Notes: generated from the letters alone by a model not told the origin. A stretch of DNA of 64,000 nucleotides from Myxococcota bacterium (GCA_044344255.1 JBIJDH010000004.1:384001-448000), one strand, 5' to 3'. Numbered from the stretch's first letter, positions 22,346 to 33,915 are shown. Program-made: numbers and translations.

Positions 22346-25300
22346 ACGGGCGATCGTCGGCCTCTGCGGGCTCCTCCTAGCGGGCCCCGCGGAGGCCCTC
22401 CCCGCGGGTGCCGCCCTGCTCGGCCCCGACGGACCGACCTATGTCGGAACCCTGCCCCCGAGCCCCGGTCGCCTCGTCACGGCGGTGATCGATCCGCGTG
22501 ATGGGCGCTTGCTCGTCGAAGAGCGGCTCTCGGAGCACACGCTCTCCTGGGATGGCGCCGCTTGGTCGCTCGACGAGCAGCCTCTGCCCGCCGAGCCCGA
22601 TCCCCGCTTTGTGTTCGACGAGGGGCGGCTGGTCAGCCTGCGGTCACCGGACGGCCTCGCACACCGGCTCCGCTACGATGAGGGCGGTCGCCTCGTCGGG
22701 CTGGAGTGGCCGGACGCTACGGCCATCGCGGTCCGCTACGACGAGCGGGGCCGAGTCCGAGAGCTCCGGGGTCCGGGATCGTTGCTGAGCCGGGCCACCT
22801 GGGCATTGGAGGCGGACAGCGGAGAGGTCGAGTTCCAGGACAGCCTTGGCCGCAGCCTGCGGGTGCGCCGGATCGAGGCGGGCGACCTCGGCGCGCAGGG
22901 TCAGGAGGTGGAGGACGCCCTCGGCCGCGTGGCGCGGCTTTGGACCGACGCCCAAGGCGCCGTGTCCGCGTGGCAGGACCCTCGCGGCGGACTGACGCGG
23001 GTGAGCCAAGAGCCCGGTCGCCTCCGGGTCGAGCGCGCGGCCGGCCTGCGATGGGAGGTTGAGGTGGACAGCGCGCGTCGTCCGCTCGCGTCGATCGGTC
23101 CGGGCGGCGAGCGGTGGCGGTGGGAGCGTGACGTGGCCGGCCGGGTCGTCCGGATCGTCGATGGCGCGGGGCGGACCACCCTGTGGACCCGCGACACCCA
23201 GGAGCGGGTCATCGGCTGCTCCACGGGGGGGCGGCTGTGGCGCATCGGCCGAGACAGCGCGGGACGGATCGTCGGGATCACCGATCCCAACGGTGCTGTC
23301 ACCACGCTCTCCCGGGACTCCGACGGCCGGGTGAGCTCGATCGTCGACGCCGCGGGCAACACCGTCCTCCTCGGCCGGGGAGCCGGAGGAGAGCTCACCA
23401 CGATCACTGAGCGCGACGGCGGGCGGTGGCTGAGCTCGGTCGACCTGACGGGTCGGGTCGATCGGCTCACCTTCCCCGGGGGGCGCACCGTCGATCTCGA
23501 GCGAGATCCGGCGGGGCGCTTGATCCGGATCACGGACTCTGTTTACGGGGTCACTCGCTTCGATCGCGCCGCAGATGGCGCGCTCACGCGGGTGCTCGAT
23601 CCGGCGGGCCGCGCGACGGGGATGGTCCGAGACGCGGCGGGTCGGGTCAGCGAGGTGCGGCGGCCGGACGGCCAGCGCCTCCAGATCGTGCGCGATCCGA
23701 ACGGCGACGTTTCCCGGGTGACCCTCGCGGAGTCGAGCCTGGAGATCACCCGGGACGCCCTCGGGTTGCCCACCGGCGCCGGGCCGATCCGCTGGCTGCG
23801 AGACGGCGCCGGGCGGGTGGCGGGCCTCGAGGGCCCGGGGATCTCGCTGCGCCTCAGCTCCGATGGCGCTGGGCTGCTCCGCGGACTCTCGGCGGGCGGC
23901 TGGACGATGAGCCTCGATCGCAGCGCCGCTGGGGAGGTCACGAGATGGTCGGGCACGGACGGGGAGGTGCGGATCGAGCGGGACGCCGCCGGGCGGGAGG
24001 TCGGCGAGGTGGTCCGGACGGCCGCGGGGGTGGTGGAGACCCGCTTCAACCGCGATCTGCGCGGACAGGTCGAGCGGGTCACGAACGCGCGGGGAGTGTG
24101 GCGTTACGGGCGTGACGCGACCGGTCGGGTGCTGTCTGTGGAGGGGCCCGAAGGCCTCCGTGTCGGCCTGGATCGAGCGCCGGGTGGTGAGGTCCGGCTC
24201 TTCCGTTTTCCCGATGGGGCCTTCCTCCGCTTGAAGTCGGAGGGGGATCGGGTCGAGGAGGAGCTCGTGGGCTCGGACGGCCGCACGGTGCTGCGGCGGA
24301 CCACCGCCTTCGACGGGGCGGGGCGGCCAAAGTGGAGGCAGGAGGGTGACCTCGAGCGAGAGTCCTGGCGCACCGATCCCCTCGGCCGTCTCGTGACGAT
24401 TGAGCTCCCGGACGGTCGGGCCTGGTCCTGGGCTGCGGGGGAGGTCCAGGGCCCCGACGGGGAGCGTGTCGTGGACGGGGCACGCGGGCTCTGGACGGAG
24501 GCCGCGCCGGGGATCGGTCCACCGGCTTGGGGAGCTGGGGAGCTCCTCGTCCGAGCCAGCCGGGAGAGCGGGGGGCGGCTGAGCCGGGTGCAAGGGGAGG
24601 GCGGCAGCGCCCGCCTCGCCTGGGATGCCCTCGGGCGGCTGCAAGCCGTGGAGCGACTGTCAACAGCGCGCGGGGACTCCGCCGTCCCGGCTGCGGCCGC
24701 GGTCGGCGGAGCCTCTCCGGGTGGGTCCGCCGCTCGGGCCTCGGAGATGAGGTCCTTCCAGGAGGCGATCCAGCGGTGGGCCCTGCTCTATGACGCACGA
24801 GGGCGCCCTGCCGCGATCGCGAGCCCCGGGGCACCCGCGGCGCTCCTCGCCTGGGGGCCGGAGGCGGCTTCGATCGACCGGCGGCTCGAGGGCAGGGGAG
24901 GGGAGGCAGGGGGGCTCTTGGCGAGTGGCCCGTCGCTGGAGCGAGCCTGGATCCAGAGCCCGTGGGGGGCCGCTGGACAGCGGGTGGAGGGGCGCACCCG
25001 CTCGCTCCTCCACTTTGGGGACGGGGACGCACGCTACGTCTCTGACCCTGGGCTACCCCTGATCCGCTGCGAGACCAGCCCCTCCGGCCGGGCCGACTCC
25101 GGCGCAGCCGGCTTCGCGGGTCCGGCACAGAGCCTCCAGCTCTTCCCGGGTGGCCCGCTCTTCACCGGCGGGAGGGCCTTTGATCCGCTCGACGGGCAGC
25201 CGATCGACGGCTGGGCCACGTGGCCCTGGTCGGGGCTCCCGCTGCGGGGGGATCCGGAGCTCGCGTCCCTCGACCCCGCGGCCTGGGCCCCGGAGAGCGC

Positions 25301-25670
25301 GTGGTGGAATCCGCTCGCTCTCCTTCAAGACCTCGATCAGCTGGGCGACATCGACGTGGGCGGCTGGTGGGAGCCCGCGCCCGCTCGCGCCTTTGAGGGC
25401 CTGCCTGCCGGCATCCAGGGCGCGCGGCCACCGTTGGGACCTTCCCTGCCGGCCCTGCCGCTGGAGGACGATCGCCTGACGGTGGCTCTGTTGACCTCCC
25501 TGCTGCCGGGTGGGAGCCCCCTCGACGGCGACGCCCTCCTGTCGCTGATCCTGGAGGACGATGCTGCCGAGCTCAACGTGCTTCCCGGGCTGCGAGTCCC
25601 CGGCGCCGAGGCCCTCCAGGCGCTGCGCCCCTCCTCGATGTCCCTTGCCACACTCGAGCGTGCCGATTAG
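22299..25670 (+). CDS. Exported Rhs/YD-repeat protein with degenerate Rhs core
   Basis: ATG at 22299 after GAGGA, overlapping the CHAT gene end; signal-like RAIVGLCGLLLAGPAEA; many (Y/R)DxxGR repeats; core remnant GRAFDPLDGQ. Confidence 0.75.
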   Translation: MTLGSGARSSSSRTLERAIVGLCGLLLAGPAEALPAGAALLGPDGPTYVGTLPPSPGRLVTAVIDPRDGRLLVEERLSEHTLSWDGAAWSLDEQPLPAEPDPRFVFDEGRLVSLRSPDGLAHRLRYDEGGRLVGLEWPDATAIAVRYDERGRVRELRGPGSLLSRATWALEADSGEVEFQDSLGRSLRVRRIEAGDLGAQGQEVEDALGRVARLWTDAQGAVSAWQDPRGGLTRVSQEPGRLRVERAAGLRWEVEVDSARRPLASIGPGGERWRWERDVAGRVVRIVDGAGRTTLWTRDTQERVIGCSTGGRLWRIGRDSAGRIVGITDPNGAVTTLSRDSDGRVSSIVDAAGNTVLLGRGAGGELTTITERDGGRWLSSVDLTGRVDRLTFPGGRTVDLERDPAGRLIRITDSVYGVTRFDRAADGALTRVLDPAGRATGMVRDAAGRVSEVRRPDGQRLQIVRDPNGDVSRVTLAESSLEITRDALGLPTGAGPIRWLRDGAGRVAGLEGPGISLRLSSDGAGLLRGLSAGGWTMSLDRSAAGEVTRWSGTDGEVRIERDAAGREVGEVVRTAAGVVETRFNRDLRGQVERVTNARGVWRYGRDATGRVLSVEGPEGLRVGLDRAPGGEVRLFRFPDGAFLRLKSEGDRVEEELVGSDGRTVLRRTTAFDGAGRPKWRQEGDLERESWRTDPLGRLVTIELPDGRAWSWAAGEVQGPDGERVVDGARGLWTEAAPGIGPPAWGAGELLVRASRESGGRLSRVQGEGGSARLAWDALGRLQAVERLSTARGDSAVPAAAAVGGASPGGSAARASEMRSFQEAIQRWALLYDARGRPAAIASPGAPAALLAWGPEAASIDRRLEGRGGEAGGLLASGPSLERAWIQSPWGAAGQRVEGRTRSLLHFGDGDARYVSDPGLPLIRCETSPSGRADSGAAGFAGPAQSLQLFPGGPLFTGGRAFDPLDGQPIDGWATWPWSGLPLRGDPELASLDPAAWAPESAWWNPLALLQDLDQLGDIDVGGWWEPAPARAFEGLPAGIQGARPPLGPSLPALPLEDDRLTVALLTSLLPGGSPLDGDALLSLILEDDAAELNVLPGLRVPGAEALQALRPSSMSLATLERAD

Positions 25671-25859
25671 TAGAGCGGCGCCGGTTGGAGACGGTCTCTC
25701 GGGGCGCCCGCTTGGGCAAACTTGAGGCAGTTCAGAGCCGGCGCAGGTCTTTACAGCGCTGTGTTGTGGGATGCGGTGTTGTGAGGCGGCCTTCGTTCAG
25801 GGTGAGGTTGGAGTAAATTCTCTGCCGAGCCTTGAAGCCACGAGACGTCCAGGGTATGC

Positions 25860-25937
25860 GGTGGGTGTAGCTCAGTTGGTTAGAGCGCCAGGTTGTGGCC
25901 CTGGAGGTCGTGGGTTCAAATCCCATCATTCACCCCA
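25860..25937 (+). tRNA. tRNA-His(GTG) with encoded G-1 and CCA
   Basis: Anticodon arm CCAGG-TTGTGGC-CCTGG; T-loop GGTTCAAATCC; ends CACCCCA. Confidence 0.95.
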
Positions 25938-26056
25938 CTCTCCCAGCTTGCGCCTCCTTGGGGCCCGGACTACTGGGCGCCACATAGAATGCAGGCCTGA
26001 CTGTTGTGGCGCTTCATCGCGGCCCTACCCTCCTATTTGATAGTCGAATTTTCTTC

Positions 26057-26132
26057 GGGCTCATAGCTCAACTGGCAGAGCATCGGACTCTTAATCCGCA
26101 GGTTCCTGGTTCGATTCCAGGTGGGCCCACCA
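26057..26132 (+). tRNA. tRNA-Lys(CTT)
   Basis: GGGCTCA...TGGGCCC-ACCA acceptor; anticodon loop CTCTTAA; GGTTCGATTCC. Confidence 0.95.
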
Positions 26133-26136
26133 AATT

Positions 26137-26175
26137 GACGCCGGGGCCGGGTAACCGACCCCGGCGTTTGTATTT
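26137..26175 (+). terminator. Intrinsic terminator-like hairpin between tRNA-Lys and tRNA-Leu
   Basis: ACGCCGGGG...CCCCGGCGT stem followed by TTGTATTT. Confidence 0.6.
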
Positions 26176-26196
26176 CCGGCGTCTTCAGTCCTCAGC

Positions 26197-26278
26197 GCGA
26201 GAATGGCGGAATTGGCAGACGCGCCAGACTTAGGATCTGGTGGGGCGACCCGTGGGGGTTCAAGTCCCCCTTCTCGCA
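26197..26278 (+). tRNA. tRNA-Leu(TAG), CCA not encoded
   Basis: GCGAGAA...TTCTCGC-A acceptor; CCAGA-CTTAGGA-TCTGG; long variable arm; usual position upstream of tig. Confidence 0.95.
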
Positions 26279-26367
26279 GCCGATCGCCGCTCCATCCCCG
26301 CTTGACATCCCTGACCATCGCCTCGGCGCTCCGTCCAAGGCGTGGTGCAATCTTTGACGAGGCCCCG

Positions 26368-27726
26368 ATGCAGTACGATCTCCAGATCGAAGAAGTGAGC
26401 TCCATTCGCCGCCGCCTCCGCTTCACGCTGCCGAGCGGTGTGGTCAAGGGTGAGCTCGACCGCGCCTTCGTCACGTACAAGAACAAGGTGCGGATCCCCG
26501 GCTTCCGCGCGGGCAAGGTGCCCCGACCGATGCTGGAGCAGCGCTTCGGGAAGCAAATCCAGTCCGAGGTGGCGGAGGCGCTGGTGAACCGGGCCTACCG
26601 TGAGGCCGCCGAGCGCCTCGAGGTCGCATCCCAGCCGCAGCTCACCCGCCCGGGTGAGGTGGTCTCGGGCGCCGAGTTTGTCTTTGAGGTCGAGGTCGAC
26701 GTCAAGCCGCAGATCACCATCTCTGGCTACAAGGGTCTGGAGGTCGAGTACGCCGAGGCCACCGTGACCGACGCCGACGTCGAGCGGGTAGTCAAGCAGC
26801 GCCTGGCCACCAAGGCCCACATCGAGTCTGTCGAAGACGGCCGCCCGGTACAGAAGGGCGACCTCGTCCTCACCGCGCTCAAGCTGGTCAACGCCGAGGG
26901 CGAGGAGCTCGTCAACGAGCCTGGCACCATGGTGAGCACCTCGGGCGAGAAGTATTACCCCGGCGTCGAAGCGCTGCTGCTCGGCCTCACCAAGGGTGAG
27001 TCTGCGACCGGCGACGTGACGATCCGCCCGAGCTCGGTCTTCGCCCACCTCCGCGACGTGGCGGCTACCGCGACCGTCCAGGTGATGGAGATCCAGGCTC
27101 AGGTCGTGCCCACCCTCTCGGACGAGCTCGCCGCTGAGCTTGGCTTCGAGGGCGGCGTCGAGGGCATGCAGACGGCCATCCGCATGCAGCTTCAGGGCCA
27201 GGCCGATGAAGCTGGCCGGATGCAGTCCCGCGTGGCCCTCCTCCAGAAGCTCGTGGACACACACGACTTCGATGTCCCGGGGACGATGATCGATGAGCAG
27301 CTCCAGGCCCTCGTCGAGGAGCTGCGCGTCCGCCGTGCCTGGGGCGGCACCGACCCCCGCTCCATCCGCTTCTCCGACGCCGAGATGGCGGACCTCCGCA
27401 ACCGGGCCCGCTTCGCCGCCAAGGGCAGCGTGATCCTGGCGACGGTGGCCAAGGCGGAGGGCCTGATGGTGTCCGAGGAGGACATCTCCGCGAAGATCAA
27501 CGAGATCGCCGATAGTCGCGGCCAGGCCCCCGAGGCCATCCGCGGCTACCTTGAGCGTGAGAACGCGTTGCCCGTCCTCCAGGATCGCATCCTCGAGGAG
27601 AAGACCCTTGAGTGGCTGCTCGAGAACGCCTCTCTGACGGTGCTCGGGGCCGCGCCCGCCGCGGACGCCGCGACCGAGGGGAGCGCCGACGCGGGTGCGG
27701 AACAGGCCGCGTCCGTCGAGGGTTGA
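26368..27726 (+). CDS. tig: Trigger factor
   Basis: Ribosome-binding motif IPGFRAGKVP; start MQYDLQIEE at 26368; precedes clpP. Confidence 0.95.
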   Translation: MQYDLQIEEVSSIRRRLRFTLPSGVVKGELDRAFVTYKNKVRIPGFRAGKVPRPMLEQRFGKQIQSEVAEALVNRAYREAAERLEVASQPQLTRPGEVVSGAEFVFEVEVDVKPQITISGYKGLEVEYAEATVTDADVERVVKQRLATKAHIESVEDGRPVQKGDLVLTALKLVNAEGEELVNEPGTMVSTSGEKYYPGVEALLLGLTKGESATGDVTIRPSSVFAHLRDVAATATVQVMEIQAQVVPTLSDELAAELGFEGGVEGMQTAIRMQLQGQADEAGRMQSRVALLQKLVDTHDFDVPGTMIDEQLQALVEELRVRRAWGGTDPRSIRFSDAEMADLRNRARFAAKGSVILATVAKAEGLMVSEEDISAKINEIADSRGQAPEAIRGYLERENALPVLQDRILEEKTLEWLLENASLTVLGAAPAADAATEGSADAGAEQAASVEG

Positions 27727-27789
27727 GCACGGCCTTTCGCTGTTCCCCGGCCTCGAGCCGGGGGGAGTCCCCGAACCCAGGGTGTGCCG

Positions 27790-28416
27790 ATGAGCTTTGA
27801 TCCTCGCGGGCCGAACGCTATCATCCCTTTCGTGGTCGAGCAGACCCACCGGGGTGAGCGTTCGTTTGACATCTACTCCCGTCTGTTGATGGACCGGATC
27901 ATCTTCCTCGGCACCCAGGTGACCGCGGACGTGGCCAACGTCATCACGGCCCAGCTCCTCTTCTTGGAGAGCCAGGACCCTGAGAAGGACGTCTACCTCT
28001 ACATCAACAGCCCCGGGGGCTCCGTGACGGCCGGCATGGCCATCTACGACACCATGCAGTACATCCGGCCCAACGTGGCCACGACCTGCATCGGTCAGGC
28101 CGCCTCGATGGGCGCGCTCCTGCTCGCTGCGGGGGCCAAGGGCAAGCGCCGGGCGCTCCCGCACGCCAGCGTAATGATCCATCAGCCCTCGGCTGGGACC
28201 TACGGACAGGTCACGGACATGGAGATCCACGTCAAGGAGTACCTCCGCACGAAGGACTACTTGGCGCAGATCCTGTCCAAGCACACCGGCCAGACGATGG
28301 AGCGGGTGAAGATCGACACGGAGCGCGACAACTTCCTCTCCGCCGCAGAGGCGGTCGAATATGGCCTCATCGATGAGGTCATCGAGCGGAAGGAGCAGAT
28401 CGAGCTTCCGAAATAG
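27790..28416 (+). CDS. clpP: ATP-dependent Clp protease proteolytic subunit
   Basis: [24 protein letters not shown] (catalytic Ser), MIHQP (His). Confidence 0.97.
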   Translation: MSFDPRGPNAIIPFVVEQTHRGERSFDIYSRLLMDRIIFLGTQVTADVANVITAQLLFLESQDPEKDVYLYINSPGGSVTAGMAIYDTMQYIRPNVATTCIGQAASMGALLLAAGAKGKRRALPHASVMIHQPSAGTYGQVTDMEIHVKEYLRTKDYLAQILSKHTGQTMERVKIDTERDNFLSAAEAVEYGLIDEVIERKEQIELPK

Positions 28417-28568
28417 CCCTCGCGGGCCGGCGCCCGCTCGTGGGCTCCGGCCGCGAAGCCTGCCCGGCGCTCGTCCGCCGCCCCTCCCGCCGCCTGGCGG
28501 TATCGGGTGGCCGGGCGGCGCCGGGTTGCTATGTTTGCCGAGCCCGTTCTGGGCGCCGAGGTGGTCGG

Positions 28569-29837
<1,269 letters not shown>

Positions 29838-29891
29838 GCACGCCGGGCGGAGGGCGCCGGCCCACACCGGCAGACGAGCCAGGGAGGGAGC

Positions 29892-32384
29892 GTGTTCTTC
29901 CGTGACCGAAAAGGGGGGGCCGAGGCTGGCGTTCAGCACCTCCCGCTCCTCCCCCTCCGCGATCTCGTGGTCTTCCCCCACATGGTGGTGCCCCTCATCG
30001 TCGGGCGCTCCAAGTCGAGGGCGGCGCTGACCGCGGCCTTCAAGGGCGACAAGCACATCTTCCTGGCGACGCAGCGGACGGGTGGGACGAGCGAACCGGG
30101 GCCCGAAGACCTCCATGAGGTTGGCACCATCGCCACGATCATCCAGCTCATTCGGCTGCAAGACGACAACCTGCGGGTGCTGGTGGAGGGCACCGCCCGG
30201 GGCCGGATGCTCCGCTACACCGACGGTGAGCACCCCCGAGCCGAGGTGGTGTTCATCCCCGACGCTCCGTCCGAGCCCGACCTCGAGATGGAGGCGCTCG
30301 TCCGCTCGGTGCGGGGGGCCTTTGAGCAGTATGTGAAGCTCAACAAGGGGATCCCCCCTGAGATGCTGCTCACGGTCGCGGCGATTGAGGACCCCTCTCG
30401 CTTGGCCGACACGCTGGTCGCCCACCTCTCCTTCAAATTCGAGGAGCGACAGGAGCTCCTCGAGATGGACAGCCCCGGGCTGCGACTCGAGCGGATCTTG
30501 AACTTCATCCAGGGGGAGATCGAGATCCTCCAGGTGGAGCGGAAGATCAAGACCCGCGTGAAGAAGCAGATGGAGAAGAGCCAGAAGGAGTACTACCTCA
30601 ACGAGCAGATGCAGGCGATCCAGAAGGAGCTCGGTGAGAAGGACGAATTCAAGGCGGAGCTCGCCGAGCTCGAACGGAAGATCCGCGAGAAGAAGCTCTC
30701 GGAGGAGGCCGTCGAGAAGGTGGCCCGAGAGCTCCGCAAGCTCAAGATGATGAGCCCGATGAGCGCCGAGGCCACCGTGGTGCGGAGCTACATCGACTGG
30801 GTGCTCGCGCTGCCTTGGTTCGAGCTCACGGAGGATCGCCTCGACATCCAGCGGGCCGCTCAGGTCCTCGATGAGGATCACTTCGGGCTGCAGAAGGTGA
30901 AGGAGCGGATCCTCGAGCACCTCGCGGTGACCTCGCTCGTGGAGCGGATGCAGGGGCCGATCCTCTGCCTCGTCGGGCCGCCGGGGGTGGGCAAGACCTC
31001 GCTCGCGCGCTCGGTCGCCACCGCCACAAACCGGGCCTTCGTCCGCCAGGCCCTCGGAGGCGTGCGAGATGAGGCCGAGATCCGTGGGCATCGGCGCACC
31101 TATATTGGCGCCCTCCCCGGCAAGATCGTCCAGTCCCTCCGCAAGGCAGGCTCCTCGAACCCTGTCTTCCTCCTCGACGAGATCGACAAGATGTCGACGG
31201 ACTTTCGGGGAGACCCGGCCTCCGCCCTCCTCGAGGTCCTCGATCCCGAACAGAATCATGCCTTCAACGACCATTACCTCGATCTCGATTATGACCTCTC
31301 TCGGGTGATGTTCATCTGCACGGCGAACACCCTTCAGGGGATCCCGGCGCCGCTGCAGGATCGCCTCGAGATCATCCGGCTTCCGGGCTACACCGAACCT
31401 GAGAAGCTGGCGATCGCGGGGCGTTATCTCTTGCCAAAGCAGGTGGCGGTCAACGGGTTGAAGGCCGACAATCTGCTGCTCACGCGCCAGGCGGTGCAGA
31501 AGGTGATCCGGTCCTACACCCGTGAGGCCGGCGTGCGCAATTTGGAGCGAGAGATCGCCACCATCTGCCGCAAGGTGGCTCGGCGGGTGGTCTGGAAGGG
31601 GGTGGGCACCCACGTGCGGGTGACCAGCGAGAACGTGCACAAGCTGCTCGGCGTTCCTCATCACAGCGACACCGCGCACGAGGCCGTCGATCAGGTGGGC
31701 CTCGTGCGTGGCCTCGCGGTCACCCCCTGGGGCGGCGAGGTGCTGGACATCGAGGTCGCGGTGATGCCCGGCAAGGGCAAGCTGATCCTGACCGGCCGTT
31801 TGGGCGATTGGCTGAAAGAGAGCGCCACGGCCGGCTTCACCTACGTGCGCGCGCGCGCCGCGGCCCTCGGCCTCGAGCCGGACTTCTACGAGAAGGTCGA
31901 TCTGCACGTGCACTACCCGGGGGGATCTGGGGCTGACGGGCCGAGCGCCGGGATCGCGATGGCCACCGCGCTCACGAGCGCGCTGACCGGAGTGGCGGTG
32001 CGTCACGACGTGGCCATGACCGGGGAGATCTCGCTCCGCGGCCGGGTCCTGCCGATCGGCGGCCTCAAAGAGAAGACCCTCGCCGCTCACCGGGCGGAGA
32101 TCTCCCGGGTGTTGATCCCCGCCGAGAACAGCAAGGACCTCGAGGACGTGCCCAAGAACGTGCGTGAGCAGGTGGAGATCATCCCGGTCGCTCACATGGA
32201 CGAGGTGTTGGAGCTCGCGCTCCGGTGGCCCGAGGGCGCGGCCCGCTTCCCCTTCCAAAGGCCGGTGGATGTCGTCGTCGATCGCCGGACCTCTATCGAT
32301 GCCACCCCGCCCGCCCCCCTGGTGACGGCGGAGCGCATGGAAATCGATCTGACCCGCCTTGACGACCCGGGGCACACTCTATAA
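29892..32384 (+). CDS. lon: Lon protease
   Basis: [14 protein letters not shown]-domain, [24 protein letters not shown] Ser, GGLKEK Lys. Confidence 0.97.
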   Translation: MFFRDRKGGAEAGVQHLPLLPLRDLVVFPHMVVPLIVGRSKSRAALTAAFKGDKHIFLATQRTGGTSEPGPEDLHEVGTIATIIQLIRLQDDNLRVLVEGTARGRMLRYTDGEHPRAEVVFIPDAPSEPDLEMEALVRSVRGAFEQYVKLNKGIPPEMLLTVAAIEDPSRLADTLVAHLSFKFEERQELLEMDSPGLRLERILNFIQGEIEILQVERKIKTRVKKQMEKSQKEYYLNEQMQAIQKELGEKDEFKAELAELERKIREKKLSEEAVEKVARELRKLKMMSPMSAEATVVRSYIDWVLALPWFELTEDRLDIQRAAQVLDEDHFGLQKVKERILEHLAVTSLVERMQGPILCLVGPPGVGKTSLARSVATATNRAFVRQALGGVRDEAEIRGHRRTYIGALPGKIVQSLRKAGSSNPVFLLDEIDKMSTDFRGDPASALLEVLDPEQNHAFNDHYLDLDYDLSRVMFICTANTLQGIPAPLQDRLEIIRLPGYTEPEKLAIAGRYLLPKQVAVNGLKADNLLLTRQAVQKVIRSYTREAGVRNLEREIATICRKVARRVVWKGVGTHVRVTSENVHKLLGVPHHSDTAHEAVDQVGLVRGLAVTPWGGEVLDIEVAVMPGKGKLILTGRLGDWLKESATAGFTYVRARAAALGLEPDFYEKVDLHVHYPGGSGADGPSAGIAMATALTSALTGVAVRHDVAMTGEISLRGRVLPIGGLKEKTLAAHRAEISRVLIPAENSKDLEDVPKNVREQVEIIPVAHMDEVLELALRWPEGAARFPFQRPVDVVVDRRTSIDATPPAPLVTAERMEIDLTRLDDPGHTL

Positions 32385-32387
32385 AAG
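32359..32387 (+). promoter_or_regulatory. Putative sigma70-type promoter for tRNA-Val embedded in the lon 3' end
   Basis: TTGACG then TATAAA (15-nt spacer) or TAAAAG (17-nt spacer), about 50 nt before the tRNA. Confidence 0.45.
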
Positions 32388-32435
32388 GTGTGTGTTCCGG
32401 GGGCGCTCGGCGGTGAAACTCCGCGCTGCTCTTCG

Positions 32436-32508
32436 GGGCGGATAGCTCAGCTGGCAGAGCAGTAGCCTTACAAGCTACGGGTCGCAGGTTCAAACCCTGT
32501 TCCGCCCA
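32436..32508 (+). tRNA. tRNA-Val(TAC), CCA not encoded
   Basis: GGGCGGA...TCCGCCC-A acceptor; GTAGC-CTTACAA-GCTAC. Confidence 0.95.
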
Positions 32509-32530
32509 TTCTCAGTCAGTGACTCTCTTC

Positions 32531-32581
32531 AAAATCTGAGAAATAAATCGGGTTGCGGAGAGAGACCAGAGAGGTTAAGAA
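32531..32581 (+). promoter_or_regulatory. Putative stable-RNA promoter for tRNA-Asp with AT-rich UP-like element
   Basis: AAAATCTGAGAAATAAAT upstream of TTGCGG-N17-TAAGAA. Confidence 0.45.
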
Positions 32582-32612
32582 AAAAAGGTCGAGAGAGAGT
32601 GACGCGAGTTTT

Positions 32613-32689
32613 GGGGTTGTAGCTCAGTTGGTCAGAGCGTCGGCCTGTCACGCCGAAGGTCGCGGGTTCGAGCCCCGTCAACCCCGCCA
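32613..32689 (+). tRNA. tRNA-Asp(GTC)
   Basis: GGGGTTG...CAACCCC-GCCA; TCGGC-CTGTCAC-GCCGA. Confidence 0.95.
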
Positions 32690-32690
32690 T

Positions 32691-32740
32691 TTTTTGAGCG
32701 CCTGGAGGTCTTCCTTCAGGCGCTTTTTCTATTCTCTGGT
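32691..32740 (+). terminator. Intrinsic terminator after tRNA-Asp
   Basis: AGCGCCTGGAGG-TCTT-CCTTCAGGCGCT followed by TTTTCT. Confidence 0.8.
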
Positions 32741-32916
32741 CGTTCGTCGCTGCGGTCTTTCGTCCCTGTGGTCGTTCGACTCTGCGGGGTGACATGGTCC
32801 CCGAGCTGAGGTCCTGCATGCGATCCCGCTCCGCTGCCCCCATCCATTCGGGCCCGGGTTCGGCGTCCCGGTGGAGCGGCCAGGCGCGGCGAGCTGTACG
32901 AGCGGCGGCCATCGCG

Positions 32917-33402
32917 ATGCGGGTGGTGCTGCTGTTCGTCGGCGCATCGGCGGCGGAGGCGGGGGTCCCGACCAAGATCCCCCCCGATCGCGAGCGCGGC
33001 GAGGCCCTCTATCGAGTGAATTGCTGGCCCTGTCACGGGGCGCAGGCCCTCGGCGACGGCCCGGCGGGGGCGCCGTTGAAGACGCCCCCGCTCGCCGGGG
33101 TGATCCGGCCGACCGACTTCGATCCCCAGGTGGAGGTCGTGTTGCGCGGCCGCGGCGCCATGCCGGGCTACGCCGAGGTGCTCGATCGGAACGACGCCCG
33201 GCGCATCCTCGTCTGGCTCTCGGAGCTCGACCCCCTGACCGGCGTGGATCCGGTCGCGGAGAAGAAGAAGGCCGACGAAGCGAAACGAAAGCTCGAAGAA
33301 GAGAAGCGAAAAGCCGCTAAGAAGCCTAACCCCCGCAAGAAGGTCACACCGCCTCCGCCGGGAGACCCGCTCGCCCCCGCGGAGCAGGCTAAGGAAGACT
33401 GA
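32917..33402 (+). CDS. Monoheme class I cytochrome c with Lys-rich tail
   Basis: Signal peptide; CWPCH; distal Met in GRGAMPGY. Confidence 0.85.
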   Translation: MRVVLLFVGASAAEAGVPTKIPPDRERGEALYRVNCWPCHGAQALGDGPAGAPLKTPPLAGVIRPTDFDPQVEVVLRGRGAMPGYAEVLDRNDARRILVWLSELDPLTGVDPVAEKKKADEAKRKLEEEKRKAAKKPNPRKKVTPPPPGDPLAPAEQAKED

Positions 33403-33463
33403 GGGCGCCCGTCGGTTTATTCGCGGGGCATGTAGGCGGTCTGCGCCGGGGGGAGAGACCAGC

Positions 33464-33838
33464 ATGGGCGAGAAGTGCACCACCAGCTCCGTGAGACGGA
33501 TCTCCCTCGTGGTGAGCCTCTGCTCGCTCACGATGTTCGGTCCTCCGGCCGCGGCGGCCGGTGACGCCGCCAAAGGCGGGACCGTCTACACCGCCAATTG
33601 TATGGCTTGTCATGGTGTAAACGCGGACGGAAAGGGCCCGGCCGCGGCGGCGTTCCAGCCCAAGCCCACCGACTTCACCAGCGCCACCTTCTGGCTGGAT
33701 CGGAAGGACGACGGCATCAAGGCCGTGGTGCGTACGGGGCGCCCCGGCACCCCGATGATGCCCTTCGGCAAGCTCAGCGAGGCCGATCTGGACAACCTCG
33801 TTGCCTTCCTCCGCACGAAGGCCCCTGCGGGGGGCTGA
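33464..33838 (+). CDS. Monoheme class I cytochrome c
   Basis: Signal peptide; CMACH; GRPGTPMMPF. Confidence 0.9.
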   Translation: MGEKCTTSSVRRISLVVSLCSLTMFGPPAAAAGDAAKGGTVYTANCMACHGVNADGKGPAAAAFQPKPTDFTSATFWLDRKDDGIKAVVRTGRPGTPMMPFGKLSEADLDNLVAFLRTKAPAGG

Positions 33839-33915
33839 GCGGAGAGACCTCGGTAATTCGTGTCCCGGTCGATGTGCGGTGCGGGCCCTGGGGTTGAGCG
33901 GTGGACGGGGTGATG

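Noticed and set aside
25832..25860. TTGAAG-N17-TATGCG promoter-like motif before tRNA-His
   Set aside because: The -10 box abuts the tRNA 5' end, so the implied start would fall inside the tRNA
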